NCBI GenBank assembly: GCA_001512635.1
Contig: LFSA01000061.1
Coordinates: 747-64,746, forward strand
Direction of reading: 5' to 3'
Length of the DNA: 64,000 bases
DNA from: Pelotomaculum sp. DTU098
GTDB lineage: Bacteria; Bacillota; Desulfotomaculia; Desulfotomaculales; Pelotomaculaceae
The notes under the pieces: generated by a model
Seen by the model: only the letters and a program-made list of their open reading frames with translations
Databases searched by the model: none
What the model was told of the DNA's origin: nothing
Shown: in pieces, positions 1 to 11,857 of the stretch
How positions within the stretch are numbered: the first letter of the stretch is position 1
How the letters are laid out: the number at the start of each line of letters is the position of its first letter
Position numbers and translations under genes: made by a program

Positions 1-111
1 CGCCTTTTGGACCTGGGAATGATGTAATTGTGATTGAGATATTACCCGCTCTTCTATGCCGTATCAAGACACCAACTGCAAGTTGATAAGATAGACCAGA
101 CTATAAACTTA

Positions 112-140
112 CCCCCTGTTAAAAGGATTGGGGGTTTTTT
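112..140 (+). terminator. Rho-independent terminator-like hairpin, probably ending a gene upstream of the window
   Basis: CCCCC (112-116) pairs with GGGGG (130-134) around a 13-nt loop, followed by T-run 135-140. Confidence 0.4.
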
Positions 141-178
141 CGTAGAAATAAGCCCTGTTGGAGGAGGGAGTGCAGGGA

Positions 179-667
179 TTGTTAATTATGGGTGTAGACC
201 CGGGTATTGCTATTACCGGGTATGGTCTAATTAATTATTCAGACAACCGTTATTCAATTGTTGATTACGGTTGTATTCGCACAGCACCCGGTATACCGGT
301 TCCCGAGAGGCTGAATACGCTTTATAAAGAACTTGTCAGGATTGTTTTCAAGTATGGTCCGGAGCACTATGCCGTTGAAGAGCTGTTTTTCAATAAAAAC
401 ACCAGAACCGCGCTGGGGGTTGCCCAGGCCAGGGGTGTGACGATCCTGGCAGCCGCGTGTTCCGGTATACCTGTCTATGAATATACCCCCCTCCAGGTCA
501 AACAGGCCGTAGCAGGCTCGGGAAGAGCCGGGAAAAGCCAGGTCCAGTTCATGGTTAAAAGTATTCTCGCGCTTCCTGAAATACCTGCCCCGGACGATGT
601 TGCCGATGCCCTGGCGGTGGCTATATGTCATGCTCATATACATTCTTGGGAAAGGAAATTTAAATGA
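179..667 (+). CDS. ruvC: Crossover junction endodeoxyribonuclease RuvC
   Basis: ORF 158..667 carries GVDPG..ITGYG, EELFF and [13 protein letters not shown] motifs. I set the start at TTG 179 after the GGAGGAGGGAG SD (160-170); ATG 188 is also possible. The stop overlaps the ruvA start (ATGA). Confidence 0.9.
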   Translation: MLIMGVDPGIAITGYGLINYSDNRYSIVDYGCIRTAPGIPVPERLNTLYKELVRIVFKYGPEHYAVEELFFNKNTRTALGVAQARGVTILAAACSGIPVYEYTPLQVKQAVAGSGRAGKSQVQFMVKSILALPEIPAPDDVADALAVAICHAHIHSWERKFK

Positions 668-1254
668 TTGCCTTTGTTAGAGGAAAACTGGCGGGTATCC
701 TGAATGGTTCCGTTTTGTTGGATGTGGGGGGCATAGGCTATAAAATCCATGTTCCCTTAAGTCTCCTCAACAGCTTGAATGATCTGGGGAGTGAGCTCAC
801 GCTGCATACCCACCTGGCAGTCCGGGAGGATAACCTGAGCCTCTATGGTTTCAGGGAAAGGGACGAGCTGGATTGTTTTTTAAAACTCATAAATGTATCG
901 GGCATCGGTCCCAGGGGCGCCCTGGCCATCTTGACTATTTTTTCACCAGGGGATTTGGCCAGGGTAATTAAAAACGAGGATATCTCCTCCTTAACCAGGG
1001 TACCGGGCATTGGCAAAAAAACAGCTAGCAGATTAATCCTTGAATTGAAAGACAAGATTTCCTGGATTGGGCCGGAACAGGCCCAAAAAGACGAGGGCAG
1101 CTGGGATTTGGGTGCTGTCGAAGCGCTGGAAGCGCTGGGTTATCCGGCAGCAGAAGCCCGCCGGGCAGTTCAGGATGCCTTACGCAGTTTTGAGCAAAAA
1201 CCCCCTGAAGCAGAGCTGGTAAAAGCCGCCCTGCGTCTACTGGTCAAACTGTAA
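664..1254 (+). CDS. ruvA: Holliday junction branch migration complex subunit RuvA
   Basis: 196 aa with an N-terminal OB fold ([15 protein letters not shown]), two helix-hairpin-helix motifs ([18 protein letters not shown]) and a C-terminal domain III. It is translationally coupled to ruvC. Confidence 0.93.
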   Translation: MIAFVRGKLAGILNGSVLLDVGGIGYKIHVPLSLLNSLNDLGSELTLHTHLAVREDNLSLYGFRERDELDCFLKLINVSGIGPRGALAILTIFSPGDLARVIKNEDISSLTRVPGIGKKTASRLILELKDKISWIGPEQAQKDEGSWDLGAVEALEALGYPAAEARRAVQDALRSFEQKPPEAELVKAALRLLVKL

Positions 1255-1283
1255 GGTAAATATAAGGAACGGGGAGTATATTA

Positions 1284-2312
1284 ATGGTAGGTAAAGACAG
1301 ACTCATCTCACCCTCATACCGCCAGGAAGATGCTGAAACAGACCAAAACCTTCGTCCTCGCCGCTTAGAAGAATATATCGGCCAGGAAAAAGTTAAGGAA
1401 AACATCTCGGTTTTTATCCAGGCGGCCCTGGAACGGGGGGAGGTCCTGGATCATGTGCTGTTGTTTGGCCCTCCGGGACTTGGGAAAACTACCCTTGCTA
1501 ACATTGTTGCCAATGAAATGGGTGTGAACATCAGAACTACATCCGGGCCGGCCATCGAAAGACCGGGTGACCTGGCTGCTCTGTTAACCAATTTGTCCAC
1601 AGGGGATGTTTTATTCATCGATGAGGTCCACCGTCTGAGCAGGACAGTAGAGGAAATCCTATACCCGGCCATGGAAGATTTCGCCCTGGATATCATCATC
1701 GGTAAAGGACCGGGGGCAAGATCCTTGCGTCTGGATTTACCCCGCTTTACCCTGGTAGGCGCTACGACCCGGGCAGGTATGCTGACCTCCCCCTTAAGGG
1801 ATCGCTTCGGGATTATCTGCAGGCTTGACTATTATAAACCGGAAGAACTGGTCTTAATCCTAACCAGGGCAGCAAAAATTCTTGGAATTGAATTGACCCG
1901 GGAGGGCTCCCTGGAGATTGCCGGGCGCTCCCGGGGTACCCCCAGGGTAGCCAACCGGTTATTGAAGAGAGTACGGGATTACGCCCAGGTTCGTGCAGGC
2001 GGAGTTATCTCCCAGGATGTTGCGATTGAAGCCCTGGAGTTTCTGGAAGTCGATCCCCTGGGGCTTGACCATACCGACCGGAGGATCCTGGAGACTATTA
2101 TTAAAAAGTTCAACGGCGGGCCTGTAGGTCTGGATACCCTTGCCGCAGCCACCAGCGAAGAGCCTGAGACGCTGGAAGACGTTTACGAGCCCTACCTGAT
2201 CCAGCTCGGAATGCTGGCCCGGACCCCCCGGGGACGGGTAGCCACCCCAATGGCCCTGCGCCACCTGGGACTGGAAAGGGACATTAAACCCAGGCAGGAA
2301 AAACTCTGGTAA
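1284..2312 (+). CDS. ruvB: Holliday junction DNA helicase RuvB
   Basis: 342-aa AAA+ protein with Walker [10 protein letters not shown] and Walker B LFIDEVH, plus the RuvB winged-helix C-terminus. A GGGGAG SD lies upstream. Confidence 0.95.
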   Translation: MVGKDRLISPSYRQEDAETDQNLRPRRLEEYIGQEKVKENISVFIQAALERGEVLDHVLLFGPPGLGKTTLANIVANEMGVNIRTTSGPAIERPGDLAALLTNLSTGDVLFIDEVHRLSRTVEEILYPAMEDFALDIIIGKGPGARSLRLDLPRFTLVGATTRAGMLTSPLRDRFGIICRLDYYKPEELVLILTRAAKILGIELTREGSLEIAGRSRGTPRVANRLLKRVRDYAQVRAGGVISQDVAIEALEFLEVDPLGLDHTDRRILETIIKKFNGGPVGLDTLAAATSEEPETLEDVYEPYLIQLGMLARTPRGRVATPMALRHLGLERDIKPRQEKLW

Positions 2313-2472
2313 AGATTAATTTCTGGTCCCTTTGGGGTATGATTGTTAATAATACCTTTTTGATTTGTACTACCCATTATCCATAAGCCGTTGCGACAAG
2401 ATAGATCATTGTTTTCCATGGATACTCTTTAAACTTAAAACTTAAAATTATCCCATGATTGGAGTTAAGTTG

Positions 2473-3027
2473 ATGAAAAAGATCCTGTTGCACAGCTGCT
2501 GTGGACCATGCTCCATTTATCCGGTAGATTATCTGAGGGAACAGGGAATGGAGGTTCACAGCTATTTCTTCAACCCGAATATACATCCGTACACTGAGTT
2601 TACCAAACGCAAGGAAACCATGGAGAAGTATGCTGCTGACATTGGCCTTAAGCTGATTGTTGACGATAACTACCGCCTGGAGGAGTTCCTGCGGGGGGTG
2701 GCCTACCGGGAGTCCAACCGCTGTATGATTTGCTACTCGATGCGTCTGGAGCAGGCCGCACAGATTGCAAAACGGGGAAAATTTGACGCTTTTACCACGA
2801 CCCTACTGGTCAGTCCCTACCAGAAACATGAACTAATCCGGGATGCCGGACAGTCCGCCGGGCAAAAGTACGGGGTTCCCTTTTATTATGTAGATTTCAG
2901 ACCGGGCTACAGGGATGCAACTGCCCGTTCAAGGGAACTGGGTATGTACAGGCAGGCTTACTGCGGGTGCATTTACAGTGAAAAGGAGCGTTACTGCAGG
3001 CAGCCAAAAAAGGAGGGGAAAGGTTAA
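2473..3027 (+). CDS. queH: Epoxyqueuosine reductase QueH (DUF208)
   Basis: Cys motifs CCGPCS, NRCMICY and YCGCIYS are typical of DUF208/QueH. I prefer ATG 2473 (MKKILLH) to the ORF-track start 2455. It sits beside queA and tgt. Confidence 0.85.
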   Translation: MKKILLHSCCGPCSIYPVDYLREQGMEVHSYFFNPNIHPYTEFTKRKETMEKYAADIGLKLIVDDNYRLEEFLRGVAYRESNRCMICYSMRLEQAAQIAKRGKFDAFTTTLLVSPYQKHELIRDAGQSAGQKYGVPFYYVDFRPGYRDATARSRELGMYRQAYCGCIYSEKERYCRQPKKEGKG

Positions 3028-3243
3028 ATGTGGGAATCACTTGGCAAAATGATCCTTTTTCTCGGGATCTTTATGGTCCTGACGGGCGGCTTGCTGTTGC
3101 TGGGAGGCAGATTGTTCGGACTGGGCCGCCTGCCCGGTGATATTTTTCTGCAAAAGGGCAACTTCAGTTTTTACTTTCCTGTTGTCACCTGTATTGTTCT
3201 CAGCATCCTGCTGACTATTATTCTTAACCTGATTCGACGGTAA
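3028..3243 (+). CDS. DUF2905 small membrane protein
   Basis: 71 aa with two hydrophobic helices flanking the GRLPGDI..G.FSFYFP motif typical of DUF2905. It starts directly after the queH stop. Confidence 0.75.
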   Translation: MWESLGKMILFLGIFMVLTGGLLLLGGRLFGLGRLPGDIFLQKGNFSFYFPVVTCIVLSILLTIILNLIRR

Positions 3244-3354
3244 GCTAGGGCTTGCCATTTTTTATTTTTTACAGGAGGATTCTGGAATTATTTGTCGAAC
3301 ACCTACCTTCTAGTGATCAAAGGTATCCATTTTTTTGCCGGGGGTTCGATTAAA

Positions 3355-4746
3355 ATGTCCACTTTTTTTTCCAGAGTGATCCTCTGTTTTGCCTCCCTTT
3401 TTATGCTCTGGCTGACAGCGGCAGGCGCTGCTTATGCAGCTGTTGGGCCCGGAAATGTCAAAGTAGGCCTGGCTATTCAGGCCGACACGATTGGGTTTAA
3501 AACCAGCGGAGCTTACCACCTGGTCGAGCAATCAACGGGGAAAGAAATAACCAGGCTGGAGCAGGGTGAGCAGTGGCAGGTCCGGGTAGAGAACGGCCAG
3601 ATCATGCTTGAGGGACGCAAGGAAAGACTGGGTCCCTTTGCCGGACCTGTCACTGTAAGTGAACTGGATTTGAGCTTCAACGTCCTGAGCGGTACAGGTC
3701 AAGCGGTGGAAAGCAGTTCCAGCGGCCATTTTTTTGTGCTTAACGGGGAAGGGGAACTCAGCCCCTTTAATTCTATTGACAATCCGTATGCCGCAAGTTC
3801 CCAAAAGAAAACTGCCCTTACTGCTGCGGGCGACGGTTTAAACCTTGTATCCCTGATTAGCGGGGCGGCCTCTGCAAGATACAGGGGGAGTTTGGAATTC
3901 AGGGTGGAAAACGGGAAACTTGCTGTAGTAAACGAGTTAAATATAGAAGATTACCTGCGCGGCGTGGTGCCCGCGGAGATCCCTCCCTCCTGGCCGAAGG
4001 AGGCCCTGAAAGCACAGGCTGTTGCAGCGCGCAACTACGCTCTGCAGCAGGTTGAGGTCAGCAGGGGCAGCAAATATAACCTGCTGGATGACCAGCTCAG
4101 CCAGGTTTACCGCGGCTACGATGCTGAGACCCCAGCAACCAATGAGGCCGTTGAAGAAACCCGGGGAATGGTTATGACCAGCCAGGGCAGACTGATTACT
4201 GCTTTTTTTCATGCCTGCAGCGGGGGTTTTACCGAAAACAGTGAAGATGTCTGGCTGGAACAACTCCCTTATATTAAAGGGAAAGCCGACCCCTACGACA
4301 AAAATGATAAGCACTATGACTGGCAGGTTGACTATACTGTTGAACAACTGGTTGCAAAGCTCCAGGGCTCGGGTTATAACCTGGCCGTTCTGGAAGATAT
4401 TGAAGAACTGGCCAGAACTTCCTCAGGCGCCAGAATTAAAAGCATAGCTGTATCCGGCCAGGGGACTTCAGGGGAACCTGTCCGCATTGTCATATCCAAT
4501 GCAGATAAGGTAAGAAATGCCCTGGGCTTAAAGAGTTCCCTCTTTACTCTGGAAAAGGTCTATGACCAGGAAGGCATTCTCCAGGGGATAAAAATCTGCG
4601 GGTCCGGAAACGGGCACGGCCTTGGGATGTCCCAGTGGGGTGCCCGCGGCATGGCCGCACAAGGTTATAATTACCAGGAAATATTGAAATACTACTATAC
4701 AGGAGTCGAGATTACAGGTGATTATGGCAGGTCAGCGTCAAGGTAA
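3355..4746 (+). CDS. spoIID: SpoIID/LytB-domain protein (stage II sporulation protein D-like)
   Basis: Motifs EDYLRGVVPAEIP..WPKEALKAQAVAARNYAL, FHACSGGFTENSEDVW and GHGLGMSQWGA, with an N-terminal signal/TM segment. Start ATG 3355 follows a GGGGG SD; the ORF-track start 3292 is TTG. Confidence 0.85.
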   Translation: MSTFFSRVILCFASLFMLWLTAAGAAYAAVGPGNVKVGLAIQADTIGFKTSGAYHLVEQSTGKEITRLEQGEQWQVRVENGQIMLEGRKERLGPFAGPVTVSELDLSFNVLSGTGQAVESSSSGHFFVLNGEGELSPFNSIDNPYAASSQKKTALTAAGDGLNLVSLISGAASARYRGSLEFRVENGKLAVVNELNIEDYLRGVVPAEIPPSWPKEALKAQAVAARNYALQQVEVSRGSKYNLLDDQLSQVYRGYDAETPATNEAVEETRGMVMTSQGRLITAFFHACSGGFTENSEDVWLEQLPYIKGKADPYDKNDKHYDWQVDYTVEQLVAKLQGSGYNLAVLEDIEELARTSSGARIKSIAVSGQGTSGEPVRIVISNADKVRNALGLKSSLFTLEKVYDQEGILQGIKICGSGNGHGLGMSQWGARGMAAQGYNYQEILKYYYTGVEITGDYGRSASR

Positions 4747-4833
4747 AGTTAGATGATGCGTCCGGCAGAGTAGCCCTATGTAAGATCCAGTATATAATGA
4801 CAAAATTAAACAAGGAGTGGACAAAAAACACCG

Positions 4834-5859
4834 GTGCATCTTTCTGAATTTGACTATTACCTTCCGGATTCGCTGATCGCCCAGGAACCTCCGAGACAAA
4901 GGGGCGACTCAAGGTTGCTGGTTGTCCGGCTTGACTCCGATAAACTGGAACACCGTCGTTTCAGTGACCTTATAGACTATCTAAACCCGTGTGATATCCT
5001 GGTTATTAACGATACAAAAGTCCTACCGGCCCGCCTGCTGGGAAAAAAGAAAGACACCGGAGCCCAGGCCGAAGTGCTGCTTCTGAAAAGGCTTTCCGGA
5101 GACAGGTGGGAGGCTCTGGTGCGCCCTGGGAAAAGATTAAAAGCCGGCTCAATGGTGAGTTTCAACGACGGCCTGTTGGAATGCCGTATTTTAGAAAACA
5201 CGGATTACGGCGGCAGGATTGTGGAATTCTTCTATGAGGGCTACTTTGAAGAAATTCTGGACAGGATTGGGGTCATGCCTCTCCCTCCCTACATAAAAAA
5301 ACCGCTCCTGGAACAGGAACGTTACCAGACTGTTTACGCAAGGCAGGCCGGATCCGCTGCCGCCCCGACCGCCGGGCTTCATTTTTCACATGAAATGCTG
5401 GAACGAATTAAAGGAATGGGCGTGGACATCGCACCCGTGCTCCTGCATGTTGGCCTGGGAACATTCCGTCCAGTGGAAGTGGAAGATATTACCCATCACC
5501 ATATGCATGCCGAGTACTACGAAATATCTGAAGCAACCTCCCAGGCCATAGCAAAAGCCAGATCCAGGGGCGGCAGGGTGATTGCTGTGGGCACCACCAC
5601 CACCCGCTGTTTGGAAAGTGGAGCAGATGCAGACGGAGGCGTCAGGCCAGGAGCAGGCTGGACAGACATCTTTATCTACCCGGGCTACAGGTTTAAGGTC
5701 ATCGACGGCTTAATCACCAATTTTCATCTTCCGAAATCTACTTTACTGATGATGGTTTCCGCCCTGGCCGGAAGGGAAAAGATCCTGAGAGCATACGAAG
5801 AGGCCGTTCGTGAAAAATACAGGTTTTACAGTTTCGGGGACGCGATGCTGATCATCTAA
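4834..5859 (+). CDS. queA: S-adenosylmethionine:tRNA ribosyltransferase-isomerase QueA
   Basis: 341 aa. N-terminus (M)HLSEFDYYLPDSLIAQEP and the motifs LPPYI and AAPTAGLHF are typical of QueA. GTG start. Confidence 0.93.
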   Translation: MHLSEFDYYLPDSLIAQEPPRQRGDSRLLVVRLDSDKLEHRRFSDLIDYLNPCDILVINDTKVLPARLLGKKKDTGAQAEVLLLKRLSGDRWEALVRPGKRLKAGSMVSFNDGLLECRILENTDYGGRIVEFFYEGYFEEILDRIGVMPLPPYIKKPLLEQERYQTVYARQAGSAAAPTAGLHFSHEMLERIKGMGVDIAPVLLHVGLGTFRPVEVEDITHHHMHAEYYEISEATSQAIAKARSRGGRVIAVGTTTTRCLESGADADGGVRPGAGWTDIFIYPGYRFKVIDGLITNFHLPKSTLLMMVSALAGREKILRAYEEAVREKYRFYSFGDAMLII

Positions 5860-7041
<1,182 letters not shown>

Positions 7042-7127
7042 AGCACATTTTTTAAATATCTTCTTCAATAAAGGAATTTTAGCCTGGAGGAAGAAATAAA
7101 AAATTAACGGGAAAGGAGGCTTCACGA

Positions 7128-7433
7128 GTGGACCCACAAACTTTATCCATACTATACATCGTCGCCCTGTTTGCAATTCTTTATTTTTTAATAATCCGTC
7201 CCCAACAGCAGCGCCAGAAAAAACACCAGGAGATGATTAAAAGCCTTAAACCGAACGACAGAGTTACGACGATCGGCGGAATCTTCGGTACAATTGTAAA
7301 ATTGAAAGAGGATTCGATTATTTTAAGAATAGCCGATAATGTCCGGATTGAGGTCTTGAAAAACTCCATCTCCCAGGTTGTCAGCAAGGAAGAAGATGAT
7401 GAAGAAGAAGGTAAGGTGAAGACAAAGGAGTAG
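7128..7433 (+). CDS. yajC: Preprotein translocase subunit YajC
   Basis: 101 aa with a single N-terminal TM and the motifs IIRPQQ.RQKKH..M...L...D.V.T.GG..G typical of YajC. It lies downstream of tgt as in many bacteria. Confidence 0.9.
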   Translation: MDPQTLSILYIVALFAILYFLIIRPQQQRQKKHQEMIKSLKPNDRVTTIGGIFGTIVKLKEDSIILRIADNVRIEVLKNSISQVVSKEEDDEEEGKVKTKE

Positions 7434-7453
7434 ACCGGCCGTCTACTCTTTTT
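7428..7453 (+). terminator. Rho-independent terminator after yajC
   Basis: GAGTAGAC (7428-7435) pairs with GTCTACTC (7441-7448), loop CGGCC, then TTTTT. The stop codon lies inside the stem. Confidence 0.75.
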
Positions 7454-7582
7454 CTGAGTTCAGGTAAAAGACCTGGGGCTGGTTAAATAAAAATCCTTCC
7501 CGTTTTTGCCAATTTAGTTTTATTGGATAGCTGTTCCCGGTACAACTACCTTTCCTTATTGTTCCGAGGGGGTTACCCGCTT

Positions 7583-8242
7583 ATGATCACACTGGAAGAT
7601 ATCAAAAAAGACCCTGTGATCGATGCTTTTATCCGGAAAGGAAACAAGTATTTGGGGGTTTTAGGTTTTACCGAGCACAGTTACCGCCACGTCAACCTGG
7701 TCTCCAGTATAGCCAGGAACATCCTGGAAAGGTTGGGCTATCCCGAGAGGCAGGTTGAACTGGCCGCCATTGCCGGATACATGCATGATATCGGAAACGT
7801 AGTCAGCCGCAACGAGCACGGAATTTCGGGAGCGGTGATAGCCTACCCGATCCTGATGCAGATGGGGATGCACCCGGAGGAAATTGCCACCGTTATCTCG
7901 GCTATCGCCAACCACGAAGAGCAGTATGGTCACGCCATTAACAGCGTGGCAGCAGCCCTAATTGTAGCTGACAAGTCCGACGTGCACCGCTCCAGGGTGC
8001 GGAACGCGGACTTTGCTACCTTTGACATTCATGACCGGGTCAACTATGCCGTTGAGCACTCCTTTCTCTGGGTTTCCGATGATAAGCAAACCATCACCAT
8101 GGAATTGACCATCGATATCGATATCTGTCCTGTCATGGAATACTTTGAAATCTTCCTGAGCAGGATGATTATGTGCAGGAGAGCCGCAAACTTCCTGAAG
8201 TGTAAATTCGAACTGGTGGTTAACGGGGCTAAGCTGTTGTAG
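7583..8242 (+). CDS. HD-domain phosphohydrolase
   Basis: H..HD signature (SYRHVNLV ... GYMHDIGN ... ANHEE). Start ATG 7583 follows a GAGGGGG SD; the ORF-track start 7523 is further upstream. Confidence 0.75.
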   Translation: MITLEDIKKDPVIDAFIRKGNKYLGVLGFTEHSYRHVNLVSSIARNILERLGYPERQVELAAIAGYMHDIGNVVSRNEHGISGAVIAYPILMQMGMHPEEIATVISAIANHEEQYGHAINSVAAALIVADKSDVHRSRVRNADFATFDIHDRVNYAVEHSFLWVSDDKQTITMELTIDIDICPVMEYFEIFLSRMIMCRRAANFLKCKFELVVNGAKLL

Positions 8243-8279
8243 AATGTTATTAACGACGCACAAGGGGGAGTAGAACCAA

Positions 8280-9515
8280 ATGAAGTGGGACAAAATCCTG
8301 ATCTTGCTTGGTATCATTCTGGTTACTGCAGTTGTTGCTGTAGCTGCTGCAAAACCGCTGATCCCGGGTGTACAATGGCTTCCATTTACAAATTTAATTA
8401 AACAGGGGCTTGATTTAAAGGGAGGCGTCCACGTGGTCCTGGAGGCCGTGGAGACGCCGGATGCGCCGGTAACAGCGGACCGGGTCAAGCAGGCCATGGC
8501 CATCATTGAAAACAGGGTTAATGCCTTCGGCGTAGCGGAGCCCATCGTGCAATTGGAAGGCTCCCGCCGGATTATTGTGGAACTGGCCGGCATCGATAAC
8601 CCCGATGAAGCTGTAAGCAATATGATTAAAACGGCCTACCTGGAATTTAAAACAGAGGACGGCAAAACCGTCCTGACCGGCCGCCAGTTGAAAAACGCCG
8701 TGGCAGGGATAAATCCCCAGACCAACCAGGCCGAAGTCAACCTGGAATTTGAGCCGGACGGGGCGAAAATTTTCGCGGACGTAACGGCTCAGAACGTGGG
8801 CAGGCAGTTAGCCATTGTTCTGGACGGAAATGTGATCCAGGCCCCGGCCATAAGGGAACCCATTCCCAACGGCAGGGCCCAGATATCTCCCTATGAATCC
8901 CTGGATGAGGCTGAAAACATCGCCATCCTGCTCCGTTCCGGCTCACTGCCGGTCAAGCTGGAAGTGATGGAGAAAAGGACCGTGGGGCCCACCCTTGGCT
9001 CCGATTCCCTGGATAAATCCATAAAAGCCGGAATTGCCGGCCTCATCGCCATTCTTGCCTTCATGATCATTTACTACAGGGTACCGGGGCTGGTGGCCAA
9101 CCTGGCTCTGGTGATTTATACCCTGCTCGTATTGTTGATTTTTGCCGCGCTGCACGTAACCATGACCCTGCCAGGCATTGCAGGTTTCCTGCTCTCCCTG
9201 GGGATGGCGGTGGACGCAAACATTATCATTTACGAGCGCCTGAAAGAAGAAATAAAGAGCGGCAAGACCCTGCGCTCGGCTATTGACGCAGGATTTAAGC
9301 GGGCCTTTGTGGCTATTCTGGATTCAAATGTAACCACCCTGATTGCTGCAGCCGTTCTCTACTACTTTGGGACGGGACCCATTAAGGGCTTTGCCGTTAC
9401 ACTCTCAATCGGTATTCTGTCCAGCATGTTTACGGCCATAACCATGACCAGATGGATCCTGCACCTGGTGGCTGCAAGTAACCTGGCACGCAATCCTAAA
9501 TTGTACGGAGCATAG
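8280..9515 (+). CDS. secD: Protein translocase subunit SecD
   Basis: 411 aa with an N-terminal TM, a periplasmic-type domain (LDLKGGVHVVLE) and six C-terminal TM helices (GPTLG..S...GI.A). It is followed by secF. Confidence 0.93.
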   Translation: MKWDKILILLGIILVTAVVAVAAAKPLIPGVQWLPFTNLIKQGLDLKGGVHVVLEAVETPDAPVTADRVKQAMAIIENRVNAFGVAEPIVQLEGSRRIIVELAGIDNPDEAVSNMIKTAYLEFKTEDGKTVLTGRQLKNAVAGINPQTNQAEVNLEFEPDGAKIFADVTAQNVGRQLAIVLDGNVIQAPAIREPIPNGRAQISPYESLDEAENIAILLRSGSLPVKLEVMEKRTVGPTLGSDSLDKSIKAGIAGLIAILAFMIIYYRVPGLVANLALVIYTLLVLLIFAALHVTMTLPGIAGFLLSLGMAVDANIIIYERLKEEIKSGKTLRSAIDAGFKRAFVAILDSNVTTLIAAAVLYYFGTGPIKGFAVTLSIGILSSMFTAITMTRWILHLVAASNLARNPKLYGA

Positions 9516-9526
9516 GGGGGATTAAT

Positions 9527-10429
9527 TTGTTAAGCTTGCGTGAAAGGATGCCTTTTCACTATGTTAAACTCAGGAAATTCTGGTACCTCATCTCTTTGTT
9601 ATTTATTATACCAGGGCTTATTTCTCTCTGTATCCAGGGACTTCACCTGGGTATTGACTTCACCGGTGGGAACCTCCTAGAGCTCCGGTTCAACCAGGCT
9701 ACTTCCGTGGAGCAGGTCCGGGAGGTACTGGGCAGTTTCGGCCTGGAGGGCGCCTCTATCCAGCAAAGCGAGGAGACCGATTTTCTAATCCGGACCAGGG
9801 AACTAAATGAAGAGGAAAACTCAAGGATCGTCCAGGCTCTTGAGGACAAATACGGTGAGGTAACTTTGCTGCGTTCCGAGCGGGTAGGGCCGGTTATGGG
9901 CCGGGAACTGATATTCAAAGCGCTGGGGGCGCTGGCTGTAGCCTCAGTTTTAATGATTATCTACATCGCCTGGCGTTTTGAGTTCAAACAGGGGCTTGCT
10001 GCCGTAATCGCACTGTTACACGATGTCTTTATCGTCCTGGGCGCATTCTCCGTTTTCCGCTTCGAAGTGGACAGCGCCTTTGTTGCCGCCATCCTGACCA
10101 TTATCGGCTACTCCATTAATGACACCATTGTAATTTTTGACAGGATCCGGGAGAACCTGCTCTATAAAAAGAAAGGGGAAACCCTGGAGGATACCATCAA
10201 CGTAAGCCTCTGGCAGACCCTGGCCCGTTCCATCAATACTGTATTGACCGTGGTCATGATCCTGGCTGCCCTGCTGCTGCTCGGTGGGACAACTATTCAT
10301 AACATGGTTCTGGCTCTTCTAATCGGCGTTGTTGCTGGTGCTTACTCTTCAATCTTTATAGCAAGCCCGCTGTGGTTTGATATGAAAAGGCTGGAGAAAC
10401 AGCCCAAGGCCAGGGCGGCCCGGGCTTAA
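9527..10429 (+). CDS. secF: Protein translocase subunit SecF
   Basis: 300 aa with the GIDFTGG motif and C-terminal TM bundle (INDTIVIFDRIRE) typical of SecF. Confidence 0.93.
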   Translation: MLSLRERMPFHYVKLRKFWYLISLLFIIPGLISLCIQGLHLGIDFTGGNLLELRFNQATSVEQVREVLGSFGLEGASIQQSEETDFLIRTRELNEEENSRIVQALEDKYGEVTLLRSERVGPVMGRELIFKALGALAVASVLMIIYIAWRFEFKQGLAAVIALLHDVFIVLGAFSVFRFEVDSAFVAAILTIIGYSINDTIVIFDRIRENLLYKKKGETLEDTINVSLWQTLARSINTVLTVVMILAALLLLGGTTIHNMVLALLIGVVAGAYSSIFIASPLWFDMKRLEKQPKARAARA

Positions 10430-10448
10430 GACAGAATTAAGTCAAAAA

Positions 10449-10475
10449 GGCGTGTGGAAAACCACCGCCTTTTTT
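10449..10475 (+). terminator. Rho-independent terminator after secF
   Basis: GGCGTGTGG (10449-10457) pairs with CCACCGCC (10462-10469), followed by TTTTTT. Confidence 0.75.
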
Positions 10476-10563
10476 GTTTATTTGGGGGTATTCGGGACAC
10501 ATTAATGAATAGCCGCCTACCAACTGCATTGGCAGGCAAGACACTGGATGAGGAAGGTTATCA

Positions 10564-10860
10564 GTGGAAAGTCAAAATCAAATGCTCAGAATACTACAGG
10601 ATAAAATAGAGGAACTGGCCCTGGCGATGGAAAAAATGAAGCTGGCCGAATACGTGCGCCTCCTTGAAAACCCCTGGCGCTTGATGCATATAAACTTTAT
10701 CGCCGGTGTGGCCAGGGGGGTGGGCATCGCCGTCGGTTTTACCATTCTTGGAGCTATTGTCCTCTACTTTTTAAGAAAACTGGTCATGTTGAACCTTCCC
10801 CTGATTGGAGACTTTATTGCTGAAATTGTCAGGATGGTCCAGTCGAATATTGGGCCCTAA
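10564..10860 (+). CDS. DUF5665-like small membrane protein
   Basis: 98 aa with an N-terminal coiled segment, then LENPWRL..INF.AG.ARG.G.A.GFT.LGA and LP.IGDFIAEIV. As I recall, this matches DUF5665 proteins of Firmicutes. Confidence 0.6.
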   Translation: MESQNQMLRILQDKIEELALAMEKMKLAEYVRLLENPWRLMHINFIAGVARGVGIAVGFTILGAIVLYFLRKLVMLNLPLIGDFIAEIVRMVQSNIGP

Positions 10861-10885
10861 TCTACAAGCATGGAGGTATAGTCTG

Positions 10886-11569
10886 GTGAAGAATGAGTTG
10901 CTTGCAAGACAGAAGGAGCGTCTTTTGTCAGAGAAGGCTGATTTGCTGAAACAGATTGATTTCGTAAACGAACAGGGACAGGGGGGACTGGGAGTTCCCC
11001 TGGGAGATTCTATTGGAGAACTCTCAACCTACGACAACCATCCTGCAGATGTCGGCTCGGAAGTGTTTGAACGGAGCAAGGATTTTGCCCTGCGGGAAAA
11101 CGCCATGCTTGCTGTTGCCGCAATTGATCATGCCCTGGAAAGGATTAATAACGGAACCTACGGTTTTTGTGAAGTGTGCGGCCAGGAAATCCCCCTGGAA
11201 AGGCTCCAGGCAATGCCGTACACAACCCTGTGCCGTAACTGCAAGGAAGGGGAAGAAAAGATACCCCGGGGAAATGAGCGACCGGTTGAAGAGGATGTCA
11301 TAGCCAAGACCCTGACCAGAGCTTTCAGCGATGGTCCCGGAGCGGGCTATGACGGGGGAGACGCCTGGCAGGAAGTTGCCCGCTACAGTGAAACCACTGA
11401 GGAATGGTCAAGGGGAGGCTCCTATTATGGTGATTCCAGGTTTGACACGATGGAGGACAGGGGCGCAGTGGAAGAAGTAGACAATATACCTTACGAAGTG
11501 GATGAAGACGGGGTTTTCTATAAAAATTTCCGTGGGTTTGACGATGAGAGTCCCTTCCATGGGAAATAA
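10886..11569 (+). CDS. YteA-family (DksA/TraR C4 zinc-finger) sporulation protein
   Basis: Zinc finger CEVCGQEIPLERLQAMPYTTLCRNC, motif LSTYDNHPADVGSE and an N-terminal coiled coil. Start GTG 10886 lies 9 nt after GGAGG; the ORF-track start 10805 overlaps the preceding gene. Confidence 0.75.
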   Translation: MKNELLARQKERLLSEKADLLKQIDFVNEQGQGGLGVPLGDSIGELSTYDNHPADVGSEVFERSKDFALRENAMLAVAAIDHALERINNGTYGFCEVCGQEIPLERLQAMPYTTLCRNCKEGEEKIPRGNERPVEEDVIAKTLTRAFSDGPGAGYDGGDAWQEVARYSETTEEWSRGGSYYGDSRFDTMEDRGAVEEVDNIPYEVDEDGVFYKNFRGFDDESPFHGK

Positions 11570-11857
11570 TGGACGGGTTATTGAACTACAGATAATAACT
11601 GGTAACTGCAGGAATTAAACCAAAGATCAACTGGGGGGAGATGTTTTCAACGGTCTCTGTTCGGACGCCCTTAATTAAACCGGTGAAAACACACCGCTGT
11701 CCGGTTTAATATAATATAGATATTATGATGGAAATATTTCTGGAGCTGCTTTAAGGCCGGGTAATAATTTTTTGTTCAAATTTCTGCCGTCTTGGAACGC
11801 TAATGCGGGTTGGCTGCCCGGCAGGTCGTCCTTGGATTGAGTTAGATAATCTAATTA